Below, piece by piece: positions 40,333-50,615 of a DNA stretch of 64,000 nucleotides (its first letter is position 1; each line of letters opens with the position of its first letter). Below the pieces are notes generated by a model, which worked only from the letters and a program-made list of their open reading frames with translations, had not been told where the DNA came from and made no database searches. This DNA comes from an uncultured Planctomycetota bacterium (GTDB lineage Bacteria > Planctomycetota > Planctomycetia > Isosphaerales > Isosphaeraceae). The translations under genes and the position numbers were made by a program. Location of the stretch: positions 2,560,001 to 2,624,000 of the forward strand of contig CAWGMQ010000004.1 of the NCBI GenBank assembly GCA_963823665.1. The letters run 5' to 3'.

Positions 40333-43300
40333 TGCCCCGTTTCAACGGCCTGAATACACCAGGCGAGGTAGGTCGCCTCTCCGGGGTCCTTGCTCTGTTC
40401 CAGGGCGATCTCGAATTCCCGCCGGGCCTCGCCATACCGATTCAGGTTCCAGTAGCAGCGGGCGAGTGTCAGCGGGGGCGACCGCGACACCTCGTTCGCG
40501 GGCGCGGCCAAGGAGCTCGACCGCCCAGTGATCGATCCCGCGGAAGGCGTACCATTCTCCGAGAGTTGCCAGAGCGGCAGGGTCGCCGGCGGCCTCCTTG
40601 CAGCCTGGCCTGCGCTGCGGCCACCCGAGGCTCGAAGGCTCGCTGGGCGACGCCGCGGGTGAAGTCCCAGAGCTTGAGCGTCTTGTCCCCGCTCCCCGAG
40701 AGTACGGTTCGGCCGTCCGGGGCGATGGCGACGCTGCTCACGCCACCGGAGTGCCCGGTGAAGGTGCGCAGCTCTTTTCCGCTGGCCAGGTCCCAGAGCT
40801 TCAGCGTCTTGTCTGCACTCCCCGAGAGCGCAGTTCGGCCGTCCGGGGCAATGGCGACGCTCGTCACGCTACTCGGAGTGCCCGGTGAAGGTGCGCAGCT
40901 CTTTTCCGCTGGCCAGGTCCCAGAGCTTCAGCGTACTGTCGCTACACCCCGAGAGCGCTGTTCGGCCGTCCGGGGCAATGGCGACGCTGCTCATCCGTCA
41001 TCAGAGCGCCCGGTGAACGTGCGCAGCTCTTTTCCGCTGGCCAGGTCCCAGAGCTTCAGCGTCTTGTCATGACTCCTCGAGAGCGCAGTTCGGCCGTCCG
41101 GGGCGATGGCGACGCTGTACACACTACCGGAGTGCCCGGTGAAGTTGCGCAGCTCTTTTCCGCTCGTCAGGTCCCAGAGCTTCAGCGTGTTGTCCGCACC
41201 CCCAGAGAGCACGGTTCGGCCGTCCGGGGCGATGGCGACGCTGCTCACGCCACTCGAGTGCCCGGTGAAGGTGCGCAGCTCTTTTCCGCTGGCCAGGTCC
41301 CAGAGCTTCAGCTCATTGTCACGACTCCTCGAGAGCGCGGTACGGCCGTCCGGGGCGATGGCGACGCTGATCACGTAACCAGAGTGCCCGGTGAAGGTGC
41401 GCAGCTCTTTTCCACTGGCCAGGTCCCAGAGCTTCAGCGTCTTGTCATAGCTCCCCGAGAGCGCAGTTCGGCCGTCCGGGGCAATGGCGACGCTGAACAC
41501 ACTACCGGAGTGCCCGGTGAACGTGCGCGGTTCCTGTCCGCTGGCCAGGTCCCAGAGCTTCAGTGTCTCGTCAAAGCTCCCCGAGAGTGCAGTTCGGCCG
41601 TCCGGGGCAATGGCGACGCTGGTCACCCGATCGGAGTGCCCGTTGAAGAAGCGCGCAGCTCTTTTCCGCTGGCCAGGTCCCAGAGCTTCAGCCGCCCGTC
41701 TGCACTCCCCGAGAGCGCAGTTCGGCCGTCCGGGGCAAAGGCGATGCTCCAACACGATCTCCGAGTGCCCGGTGAAGGTGCGCAGCTCTTTTCCGCTGGC
41801 CAGGTCCCAGAGCTTTAGCGTCCTGTCCCTACCCGACGAGAGCGCGGTTCGGCCGTCCGGGGCAATCGCGACTCTGCTCACACCATCGTGCCCGGTGAAG
41901 GTGCGCAGCTCTTTTCCGCTGGCCAGGTCCCACAGCTTCAGCGTCATCCCGCCTGCCGAGAGCGCGGTTCGGCCGTCCGGGGCAATGGCGACGCTGATCA
42001 CCGGACCGGAGTGCCCGGTGAAGGTGCGCAGCTCTTTTCCGCTCGCCAGGTCCCAGAGCTTCAGCGTCTTGTCAAAACTCCCCGAGAGCGCGGTTCGGCC
42101 GTCCGGGGCAATGGCGACGCTCATCACGTCCTCGGAGTGCCCGGAGAAGGTGCGCAGCTCTTTTCCGCTGGCCAGGTCCCAGAGCTTCAGCGTCTTGTCA
42201 TGACTCCCCGACCCCGAGAGCGCGGTTCGGCCGTCCGGGGCGATGGCGACGCACCACACGTAACCATTGTGCCTGGTGAAGGTGCGCAGGACCTCTCCGC
42301 TCGCCAGGTCCCACAGCTTCATCGTCATGTCCTGGCTCCCCGAAAGCGCGGTTCGGCCGTCGGGGCAAATGGCGACGCAGTCCACCGCACCCTCGTGCCC
42401 GGTGAAACTAAGCAATGGAAAGACCATTTGTTGGTACGAGCTCCAAAGACCGAGCTCGGCAGCGGTCAGGGGCACTTTCAACTCAGCGAGTTTATCGTAC
42501 GCTTCCGTGTAGAGCGGATGTGCCTCGACCGGCCGGCCGGCGAGGCTGAGCGCATCGGCCTGCGAAATGAGACCCTCGGCCAATCTCAGTTCGGCCCTCC
42601 TTGCGTTCTCATCCGCTTTGCTCGCGTTCTCATCTGCTCTCTTTGCGTTCTCAACCGCCAAATCCTTCTGCGTGTCCGCGAGCTTCTTTTGCGCCAGGGT
42701 CTCGATCTCCGCCTGCACCGCGTGGCGCCATTGCCAGAGCACGCCGCCGAGCCCGGCCGCCGTCACCACGGCGACCAGTGCCAGAAGTGCGGCGATGGCC
42801 GGTCTTCGACGTGCCCACTTGACCACTCGCTCGACCCTCGCCACCGGTCGCGCCACAATTGGCGCGCCCGCCAGGTACCGGCGCAGGTCGTCGGCCAGCG
42901 CGGCCGCCGTCGGATAGCGCTTCCCCGAGTCCTTCTCCAGACACTTGAGGCAGATCGTCTCCAGATCGCTTGGAATCGACGCATTGAGCCGCCGCGGTGG
43001 CACCGGCACTTCGTTGATGACCTGGATCAACGTGTCCATCGGCGTGGCCGCCTGAAACGGCGGCCGGCCGGTCAGCAGGGCATAGAGCGTCGCCCCCAGG
43101 GCATACACATCGGCCGCCGGCCCGATGTCGCCACGGCTCCCACCTGCCTGCTCCGGCGGCATGTAGCTGGGCGTCCCCAAGATTTGACCCGAGCCGGTCA
43201 GCCCACTATCGCTCCGTACCATCTTGGCCAGGCCGAAATCCGTGACGCGGGGATTGCTGTTCTGATCGAGCAGGATATTCCCCGGCTTGAGGTCGCGGTG

Positions 43301-44150
43301 GATCACGCCTCGACGGTGGGCATACTCGATGGCGTCGGCGACCTTTGCCAGGAGCGCAGCCGCTTCGCGCGGCGGCAGCGGGCCCGACGCCAGCCGCTGC
43401 GCCAGACTTTGCCCCTCGACGAACCCCATCGACGAGTAGTGCTGGCCTTCGTGCTGGCCGACCTCGAAAATCGGCACAATTCCCGGATGGTCGAGGTTGG
43501 CCGCCGCCTCGGCCTCGGTATAGAATCGCTTGACATCGGTGTCGCCGGCGAGTTGACCGGCCAGGATCATCTTGAGCGCAACCGGCCGATTGAGGCTCAT
43601 CTGCCTCGCTTGGAATACGACACCCATGCCCCCGCGCGCGATCTCCCGAACGATCTCATAGTCGCCGAAGTATCGGATGCGATTGGGTTCAGAGGCGGTT
43701 GGTGCGGCCAACGTATCTTGTCGGTACACCCCGGAGGTGGGCTGATCGTAAGGAGGCCCAGGCTGGTCGAGGGGCGATATTGTGGAAGTCTCGTGAACCG
43801 ACGACGACGGCGCCGCGCCCAGGATTGCGGTCGTTGAGGGTGGTCGAGGGGCGCTGGTCGGTGCCTGGGCGATCGTGGAGGGATTGTGTACCGTCCCGGG
43901 CTGGGCATCCGCCAGAGCAGCAACGTCTGGGCATACAAGCGTCTTCTCCGACTGGCGCAGCTCGCGCTCCAGGGCCTCCAATTCGGCGCAGAGGGGGTCG
44001 GCCCTCGTGTGAGAAGTCGACCAGATAGTCCTCGATGTGTGGTCGGCTCCCCTCTCGCCAGTTGGCCTCGAATCGCCGGCAGACCTGATCAATGCGCCGA
44101 GCCATTTCGGTGTCCTGGCCGTCGAGGTTGTGGCTGGGCCGGTCGCTCAT
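40329..44150 (-). CDS. Ser/Thr kinase with TM, about 14 near-identical WD40 repeats and a TPR-like tail (frameshifted)
   Basis: N-terminus MSDRPSHN matches gene 2; HRDLKPGN/DFG; about 126-bp repeats LKLWDLASGKELRTFTGH. Confidence 0.9.
40660..42405 (-). repeat. Tandem array of about 14 WD40-coding units of about 126 bp
   Basis: gtccca(g/c)agctt recurs near 40668, 40794, 40921, 41049, 41175, 41301, 41427, 41553, 41681, 41809, 41931, 42054, 42180 and 42312. Confidence 0.9.
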
Positions 44151-44240
44151 CTCGATTGGTCCTTGGTTCGAGGTCCATCGACTGTTCCCCGCCTGAACCG
44201 GCCCGCCCCGACCAAACGAGAGAGAATCACTTCGAGGAAG

Positions 44241-44268
44241 ATGTCCGTTTCTCGCGCGGGTGTGACAT
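44241..44268. promoter_or_regulatory. ATGTC-N18-GACAT inverted repeat upstream of kinase-WD40 gene 1
   Basis: Matches 32274-32301. Confidence 0.55.
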
Positions 44269-44590
44269 CGGATTCGTGATTGGCGCCGCAGAGCGAGTCA
44301 CGAGCGAGAGCCCGGTAACTGGAAGGGGTGATTCGCGGATCGTCTTCGGCCGCCAATCTTGTGATTCCCGGAACGAAACCGTCAAGGCTCTGGTTACAAG
44401 GGGCCATCACAACCTTCGCCCTCGTTCCGGTCCCACGGATTCGTAGAGTCGAGATGTGGCGAGGTGGTTTAGATCTGCATAGCTGGGGCTGCCTCTTCTC
44501 AGGAAAGCTCCCAATGCGACCCCAATGCAACACCGAAGGTGTTACCAAAGTCCTCTGTGAAATGCGTGCCGTCCTTTGCCTTAACCTTAC

Positions 44591-44664
44591 TACCGGCGGT
44601 GGGAATCGAACCCGCACGGGGTTGCCCTCAGAGGATTTTAAGTCCTCAGCCTCTGCCATTCCGC
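44591..44664 (-). pseudogene. tRNA-Leu(UAA) fragment A, lacking only the first 9 nt or so (attL-like)
   Basis: GCGGAATGGCAGAGGCTGAGGACTTAAAATCCTCTGAGGGCAACCCCGTGCGGGTTCGATTCCCACCGCCGGTA; CCAATGCNAC x2 at 44511/44522. Confidence 0.85.
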
Positions 44665-44665
44665 G

Positions 44666-44690
44666 TGGATCAGCTCGGCCTGTTCGAGCG
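44666..44690 (+). repeat. 25-bp exact direct repeat of parB 46574-46598
   Basis: TGGATCAGCTCGGCCTGTTCGAGCG at both positions. Confidence 0.9.
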
Positions 44691-45000
44691 GAACAGCCAG
44701 ACACTCGTGAGTCCCGCGATAATGAACCGGAAGTAGCGGCGACGCATGGCGAGATCTTTACCGTGTTGGGTGCGAAAAGTCCACGGACCATCTGGTTCCT
44801 GTTAGCCGATCTTTCCTGGATCCCTGAACCAGAGAAGTCAGGGAGTCTTGGGCTTGGTAGCCTCCGTCCTCCAGTTCCAAAAAAACCGCGACGCAGGCTG
44901 CTGGGCAACCGGAAGGTTCAGCCTGCCGCGCGAGCTGGTCCGGAACATCGCTGATTCGAGCGGTTGCCCCAACGGTGATTTTGATGGGCGGCGAGAGGCG

Positions 45001-45648
45001 TTACTCCAGATCGTCCAACGAACCGAACAACTTTCGTAGTTGGAGCCGGAAGCCCGCCAGGACATCGCCCCCCGTCAGCGTTTGCTTCTCGGTAAGGACG
45101 ACGGGTTTGGCGGTGGAGGTGTAGACCGCGACTGTCCGAGTACGTGGGTCGATGAGCCAGACCAGGCGGCAACCGGAAGCGAAGTACTCACGCACTTTGC
45201 GCACCATCTCCCTGGGCGTATTGCCCTCGCTCAGCACTTCAATCGCAAGATCGGGAGCGAGTGGAAGAATTGGATCGAGGAAGCGGCGATGGTGCGCCAG
45301 TCGAGCGCGGGAAATGAACGACAGGTCGGGAATCCGCACAAGGCCGGGCGACAAAAGGAGCATTCCCCCTTCGCCGGCGAGAGTGCCCAGTTTCCGGGGC
45401 TTGATAAAATCTCTCAAGAGACCCGCCAACTCCATCGCTAGCATGGACTCCCAATAACCCATGACCTTCTCCACCAGAACACCGTCGACGAGTTCGAAGA
45501 GCCGGCGCTCGCGGTCATGGATCTTGATGACATCGTCCTCGGTGGCTGTTCCCGGCGCGGGACGAAAGCGAATCCGTTTGGGTGATATCCCGCCCAGTTG
45601 CTGCAAAACATCAGCAAGCGTCAGTTCTTGCGCGACCACGGTGCTCAT
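45001..45648 (-). CDS. Uma2-family putative endonuclease
   Basis: ELVDGVLVEK, RIPDLSF, APDLAIEVLS, LVWLIDP. Confidence 0.9.
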   Translation of the reverse strand: MSTVVAQELTLADVLQQLGGISPKRIRFRPAPGTATEDDVIKIHDRERRLFELVDGVLVEKVMGYWESMLAMELAGLLRDFIKPRKLGTLAGEGGMLLLSPGLVRIPDLSFISRARLAHHRRFLDPILPLAPDLAIEVLSEGNTPREMVRKVREYFASGCRLVWLIDPRTRTVAVYTSTAKPVVLTEKQTLTGGDVLAGFRLQLRKLFGSLDDLE

Positions 45649-45765
45649 GGTAATCCTCCGGCAGCCTGGTTCCTATGGTTGCGAAAGCTCGGTGCCGTGG
45701 CAACTTGAATTTGCAGAGACCGTCTCAGGATGGCTCAGCGGGAGCTTTGCCCGCCCGGGGCGGAT

Positions 45766-46671
45766 TCAGACGGGCTCGGACGAGACGCGCACTTGTTCGA
45801 GCAGGGAGGCGAGGCGGTCGAGCTCCTCGCGGGTCTGGTAGTCGATGATGATCTGGCCGCGATCGGAGTTCCTGGCCCTGATCAAGACGCTGGTGCCCAG
45901 GTAGCGATGGAAGCGCTGTTCCAGGTCGAGAAAATGGGGAGACCGAACCACGATCTCGTGACCGGGGTCTTTTCTGACCCGGGTGCGCGAGGGGGTCGGG
46001 ATTCCGGTGGTGACGAGGGCCTCGGTCTGACGGACCGAGAGGTGCTCGTCGATGATTCGCGTGCAGGCGGCGGACTGGCTTTCGGCATCGGGCAGGCCCA
46101 GGAGTGCGCGGGCGTGGCCCTGGGTGATTTCGTTGCGGCGAACGGCTTCGAGCACATCTTGCGGGAGGTCGAGGAGGCGGATCAGGTTGGAGACGGTGGA
46201 TCGATCGACGCCGAGCCGGCCGGCGAGCTCTTCCTGAGTGCCGCCGTAGCGCGACAAGTATTCGCTGAAGGCGCTGGCCTTGTCGACGGCATTCAAATCC
46301 TCGCGCTGAAGGTTTTCAACCATCGCCAGCTCGAAGACCCGTTGATCATCGAGCACGAGCACGCGGGCGGGAACTTCGTGGAGCTGTGCTTCGATGCTGG
46401 CGCGGAGCCGTCGTTCACCGGCGATCAACTGGTAGCGCAACCCCGCCGGGCGGACCAGGACGGGTTGAAGCATTCCGTGCTGGCGGAGGGAGTCGGCCAG
46501 ACTGGCGATCTCGCTCGAGCTGAAATGCCGGCGCGGCTGAAAGGGATTGGGGTCGATCTGGTCGACGGCGATATGGATCAGCTCGGCCTGTTCGAGCGAG
46601 CCGGGCTCGAAGCCCCCTTCTTCGCGGCCCAAGAGCGCTTCGAGTCCGCGTCCGAGACGTCGCTTATTCAC
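45766..46671 (-). CDS. parB: Chromosome partition protein ParB
   Basis: LGRGLEAL, NPFQPR, IAGERRLRA, ENLQREDL, HTH; GTG start overlapping the parA stop. Confidence 0.95.
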   Translation of the reverse strand: MNKRRLGRGLEALLGREEGGFEPGSLEQAELIHIAVDQIDPNPFQPRRHFSSSEIASLADSLRQHGMLQPVLVRPAGLRYQLIAGERRLRASIEAQLHEVPARVLVLDDQRVFELAMVENLQREDLNAVDKASAFSEYLSRYGGTQEELAGRLGVDRSTVSNLIRLLDLPQDVLEAVRRNEITQGHARALLGLPDAESQSAACTRIIDEHLSVRQTEALVTTGIPTPSRTRVRKDPGHEIVVRSPHFLDLEQRFHRYLGTSVLIRARNSDRGQIIIDYQTREELDRLASLLEQVRVSSEPV

Positions 46672-47410
46672 GGTCGATGACCTCCATGACGAGTTCCGTA
46701 TAGGCCCGAGAGCCTCGTGCTCTGGGAGCATATTCCAACACACTCAAACCGTGGCTGGGAGCTTCACTGATCGATACGTCGCGGGGAATGATCGATTCGA
46801 AGACGGTCTCGGCGAAATAGCCGCGCACTTCGTCGGCGACCTCGTTGGCGAGCTCGAGCGAGGGGTCGAACATCGTGAGCACGATTCCGCCGATCTCGAG
46901 GCGGTTGTTGTCGCGCGCCTTGGTCTGGCGGGCCAGCTCAATGATCTGCGAAAGGCCTTCCATGGCGAAGTACTCACACTGAATGGGAATGAAGATCGCA
47001 GCGGAGGTCCCCAGGGCGGCGCGGGTCAACTGGCCGAGCGAGGGCGGGCAATCGACAAATACATAATCGAAGCGGCCGAGCTCGGCAGTCAACTGCTGGC
47101 GTAGGGCCCCTGCCCGTTGCCGGTTCGAGGCTGAGAGCGCATCGGCATCAGCCAGGCTCTGCGAGCCCGGCAATACAGAAAGGCCCGCCTGCGAGGTGGC
47201 CACGATCGACTCAGCCAGCGGTTGCCCGGCAAGCAAGGGATGCCGCGCAGCGGGCTCGACTCCCAGGCCGCTGGTCGCATTACACTGGGGATCAACGTCG
47301 ACGACAAGGGCGGTTCGGCCCGCTTTGGCCAACCCGGCGGCGAGGTTGATGGCCGTCGTCGTTTTTCCCACGCCTCCCTTTTGATTGGCCACGCTGATGA
47401 TCTTCGCCAT
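46664..47410 (-). CDS. parA: Chromosome partition ATPase ParA
   Basis: NQKGGVGKTTT, DVDPQCN, DCPPSLG, EAPSHG. Confidence 0.95.
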   Translation of the reverse strand: MAKIISVANQKGGVGKTTTAINLAAGLAKAGRTALVVDVDPQCNATSGLGVEPAARHPLLAGQPLAESIVATSQAGLSVLPGSQSLADADALSASNRQRAGALRQQLTAELGRFDYVFVDCPPSLGQLTRAALGTSAAIFIPIQCEYFAMEGLSQIIELARQTKARDNNRLEIGGIVLTMFDPSLELANEVADEVRGYFAETVFESIIPRDVSISEAPSHGLSVLEYAPRARGSRAYTELVMEVIDRE

Positions 47411-47425
47411 TGCGATCGTTTCGCC

Positions 47426-48745
47426 TCAGAACTTTCCGTAAGTGATCGGATAGTCGGGTGTTGCGTCCAGAGCCTTTAATCGCTCGGGAAGCGCCGCGAG
47501 CTGTTGCCGGCAGTGGTTGCGGATGCTTTCGAGGGAAGGCAGTGCATTGACTTGCCGGCCTGCTTGAAGGATCGGCAGCAGGAGCGGCTCACCTTCGGCC
47601 GACTCCCCTGCCCTGACAACGTGGTCGCCGCAAAACCGGTCTGAGCGGTCGCGGCGCCTGAAGACCTGCTTGGCCATGGGGTATGTCGTCTTGCCCGGGC
47701 TGCGCTTGGTCTTGCCCTGGCCGTCGAGCTCGACGAGCTTGTATACCAAGGAGAGGGCCGGCGAGTCGCGGCAGGTTATCAGCTCGGTGCCGACTCCGAA
47801 GCCGTCGATCGGCGCGCCCGAGCGGAGCAGCTCGGCGATGCGGTATTCGTCGAGATCGCTGGAGGCCACAATCTTCACGTTGGTGCGACCGTGCTGGTCG
47901 AGGATTGCGCGGGCTTCCTTGGCGAGTGTGCCGAGATCGCCGCTGTCGAGTCGGATGGCTTGAACGGGCGGCTCGATCGAGGCGGCAAGGCGCACTCCTT
48001 CGGCCGTGTCGTAGGTGTCGACCAGGAGCGTGGTGTTTCCGGGGAAGATCCGGGCGAACGTGGCGAACGCTTCGGCCTCGGTCGGGAAGGATTGGATCCA
48101 CGAGTGGGCCATGGTCCCGACGGCCGGCACGCCTAAACGGCGCGCGGCCTCGACGTGACTGGTCCCGTCGAAGCCGGCGATCATGGCTGAGCGGGCGGCG
48201 AGCAGACCGGCGAGCGGTCCGTGACCGCGCCTTGCTCCGAATTCGAATAGTGATCTTCCGGCCGCCGCCGCGACGACGCGGGCGGCCTTGGAAGCCACCA
48301 GGGTGGGATAGGCGATCGAGGCCAGCAAGTGGGTTTCGACCCACTGAGCCTGCGGAAGCGGGGCAACGACGCGAATCAAGGGCTCGCCCGGGAAGACGAC
48401 TGTTCCCTCGGGAACTGCGTAGACGTCGCCCTCGAATCGCGTGGAGGCCACTTGATCCATGACCTCCGAGGCGACTCCGCGAAATGCGGGCCAACGGCGG
48501 ATCTCGGCAAACTGCTCGGGGTCAAACGCCAGAGCAAGCAGGTCGCGAACGGCCTGTTCGAGGCCAGCGAAGACAAGGAATGCCCTGCCCTGCGGCATCT
48601 TGCGGATGAACAACTCGAACGTCGCCTGCTGTCCGGCTTTGCCCGCGGCGTGATAGCCGGCCATCATCGTGATCTGGTAAAGATCCGTGAGGGCACCCAA
48701 TGCGTCCGGATCGGGCCAGAGAGAGATCGGCGGCTTTGCACTCAT
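47426..48745 (-). CDS. pncB: Nicotinate phosphoribosyltransferase
   Basis: LTDLYQITM, EFGARRGHG, GTMAHSWIQ, LVDTYD, IRLDSGD, FGVGT. Confidence 0.95.
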   Translation of the reverse strand: MSAKPPISLWPDPDALGALTDLYQITMMAGYHAAGKAGQQATFELFIRKMPQGRAFLVFAGLEQAVRDLLALAFDPEQFAEIRRWPAFRGVASEVMDQVASTRFEGDVYAVPEGTVVFPGEPLIRVVAPLPQAQWVETHLLASIAYPTLVASKAARVVAAAAGRSLFEFGARRGHGPLAGLLAARSAMIAGFDGTSHVEAARRLGVPAVGTMAHSWIQSFPTEAEAFATFARIFPGNTTLLVDTYDTAEGVRLAASIEPPVQAIRLDSGDLGTLAKEARAILDQHGRTNVKIVASSDLDEYRIAELLRSGAPIDGFGVGTELITCRDSPALSLVYKLVELDGQGKTKRSPGKTTYPMAKQVFRRRDRSDRFCGDHVVRAGESAEGEPLLLPILQAGRQVNALPSLESIRNHCRQQLAALPERLKALDATPDYPITYGKF

Positions 48746-50522
48746 GGGAGCTCCCCTGCCCGTTTCGGGCGCATTAATCGCAGCTCGACTTCGACGCCGG
48801 CTTTCCAGTTGGTTGCCACTCCCGGATCGATGTCCAGCAATACGGGCAAGCTCAACGGAGTGGGAATCGCGCGCACCAGGACCCAATTGGCCGCGGATCG
48901 ATTCCGCTCAACCGAGCGGTCCTCATCTTGCCGGATGATTGCGGTGTCGAACAGCGCCCAGGTTGCGGCGTCGCCGGGCCTCAGCAAGGCGCTCAGGCTG
49001 GCCTGCGTTTCGATCGGGACGGTGGCCGACTGGCCCAGATAGAACGTTACTGGCGGGCGGGCGAGGACACGCAGATTCTTGACGGTCGGGGGCAGATCGT
49101 GCGCGATCGAGGCGGAGGCTGTTTTCAGCGAGTCGGTCGGCTCGAGCACGCCGGGCAGCATCGCGTTTTGCGGGGGGACGCCTGGTTGCGCTTCGCAGCG
49201 CGGGTGGTAAGAGACCAGAAAATGGAACGAGAACGCCACGGAAATCACGAGCGTGAAGGCAAAGAAGAGCCAACGCGGCCGAGTGACCAGCGGGTGGCTC
49301 GGCTCGAAGGACGCGCTGGTCGCGGCCTCGATCGCTTCATGCACCGCGCCGATCAGGCCCGCAAGAAAGACACACTCGAACGCCTGCAAAGGCAGCCAGA
49401 GTCGCGCGTAGGGATGATAGAACGGTGTCAGGAGCGCGAGGATTAGCCAGGCGGAGTAGACCAAGATCACAGGTTTGGACAGGACGGTTTTCGTGGCGCA
49501 GGAGGAGGAGCGGCAGCCAGAAGAGAGGGACCCACCAGGCGAGGTCGGGCGTGACGCGGAGGGCGGCCACGGCCAGAGTGATCAGGAAGATGATCTCCGA
49601 CCGGTGTCCCTTCTCGGCGCTCTTGAAGCCAATCAGCAAGATCGCAGCCGCGGCGGCGAGAGCGGCGGCGAGGATCCAGAACGCTCCGCCGGAGAGCATC
49701 CGTGCCTGGGCGAGCTGGACGGCGAGGTTACCGGGCCAGGATGCGAAGCCGCCCAGGTAGCCGCGCTGGTGGGCCAGTAACGCGCCGTAACCGCCGTGTG
49801 ACTGGACGAAGGCGAACCAGGGCCAGTAGACGAGCGCTGCAACACATGCCGCGAGAATGCCCCAACCCCAGGTGGCCGCGGTGAGCGCGGTGCGCCACTC
49901 GCGCTGGATGCAGTGCCAGCCAGACGGCGGCGGAGAGCACGACGGCCGCGCCTGCAAGCCAGCCGTTGTATTTGAAAAGCTGGGCCGCACCGACGGCCAG
50001 GCCCAGGAGCCCTGCCCTGAGTGCGCATGGTTTTTCCAGGAAACGCTGGGCGTGGATCAGCGCCAGCACCCAGACGAGCAGGAACGACGTGTCGGTGAGG
50101 GCCATGCGCGAAAACGCGACGTGGGCGCCCGAGAACGCGAGGAAGGCTGCTGCGAGCCCCCCCGCTCCGCTGCCGAAGGTGCGATAGGCCAGCCACGCCA
50201 CGGCTGGAATTGTCAGGGTGCCGGCGACGATCGAGACGAGAATCGCCGACAGGTCGCTTGCACCCAAAACGAAGTATGCGACTCCGATCAGGAACGGGAA
50301 ACCTGGCGGCGCGTAGGCGATCAGCGTGGGGTCGAGGTCGAGGATTCCGTGGCGAGAGAAGATCCAGAGGCCGGAGGCTGCGTAGATACCTTCGTCGAAG
50401 TGCGAGAGGCCGAGGCGGCCGATGGACCAGAGGCGCAATAGCCCACCGATCACGGTGAAGGCGATCACAACGAGGATCTCCCGCGTGCGGCTTGAGCCCG
50501 TTCGCGGCGGGGTTGGCTTCAT
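48742..50522 (-). CDS. GT39/ArnT-like multi-TM glycosyltransferase (split into three ORFs)
   Basis: HFDEGIY, PPGFPFL, SRMALTD, LFKYNG; many TMs. Confidence 0.75.
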
Positions 50523-50599
50523 GGGGCCTGATTCTAATTCCCGATGACTGGGCGAGCAAATGAGTGAGACGGCGGGAGTCAGAGCGCGGCGCCGGGTTG

Positions 50600-50615
50600 T
50601 GTTTCACGTGAAACG
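50600..50615. promoter_or_regulatory. parS site
   Basis: TGTTTCACGTGAAACG, 15/16 match to TGTTTCACGTGAAACA. Confidence 0.85.

Larger units (their letters stand above)
35387..44590. mobile_element. Integrase-less cassette 1 between tRNA-Leu fragments B and A
   Basis: Bounded by tRNA fragments with arm repeats at both inner ends; carries a kinase-WD40 gene and an adhesin-like gene. Confidence 0.55.

Noticed and set aside
40660..42405. Diversity-generating retroelement TR/VR pair
   Set aside because: No reverse transcriptase, and differences are not adenine-specific; tandem coding repeats explain the pattern
10679..43837. Long antisense ORFs such as 10679..12349, 16120..17517, 32768..34540 and 41888..43837
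   Set aside because: They are shadows of well-supported opposite-strand genes in high-GC DNA and have no recognisable motifs
29918..45700. Prophage or autonomous ICE
   Set aside because: No integrase, relaxase, phage or T4SS genes are recognisable in the window
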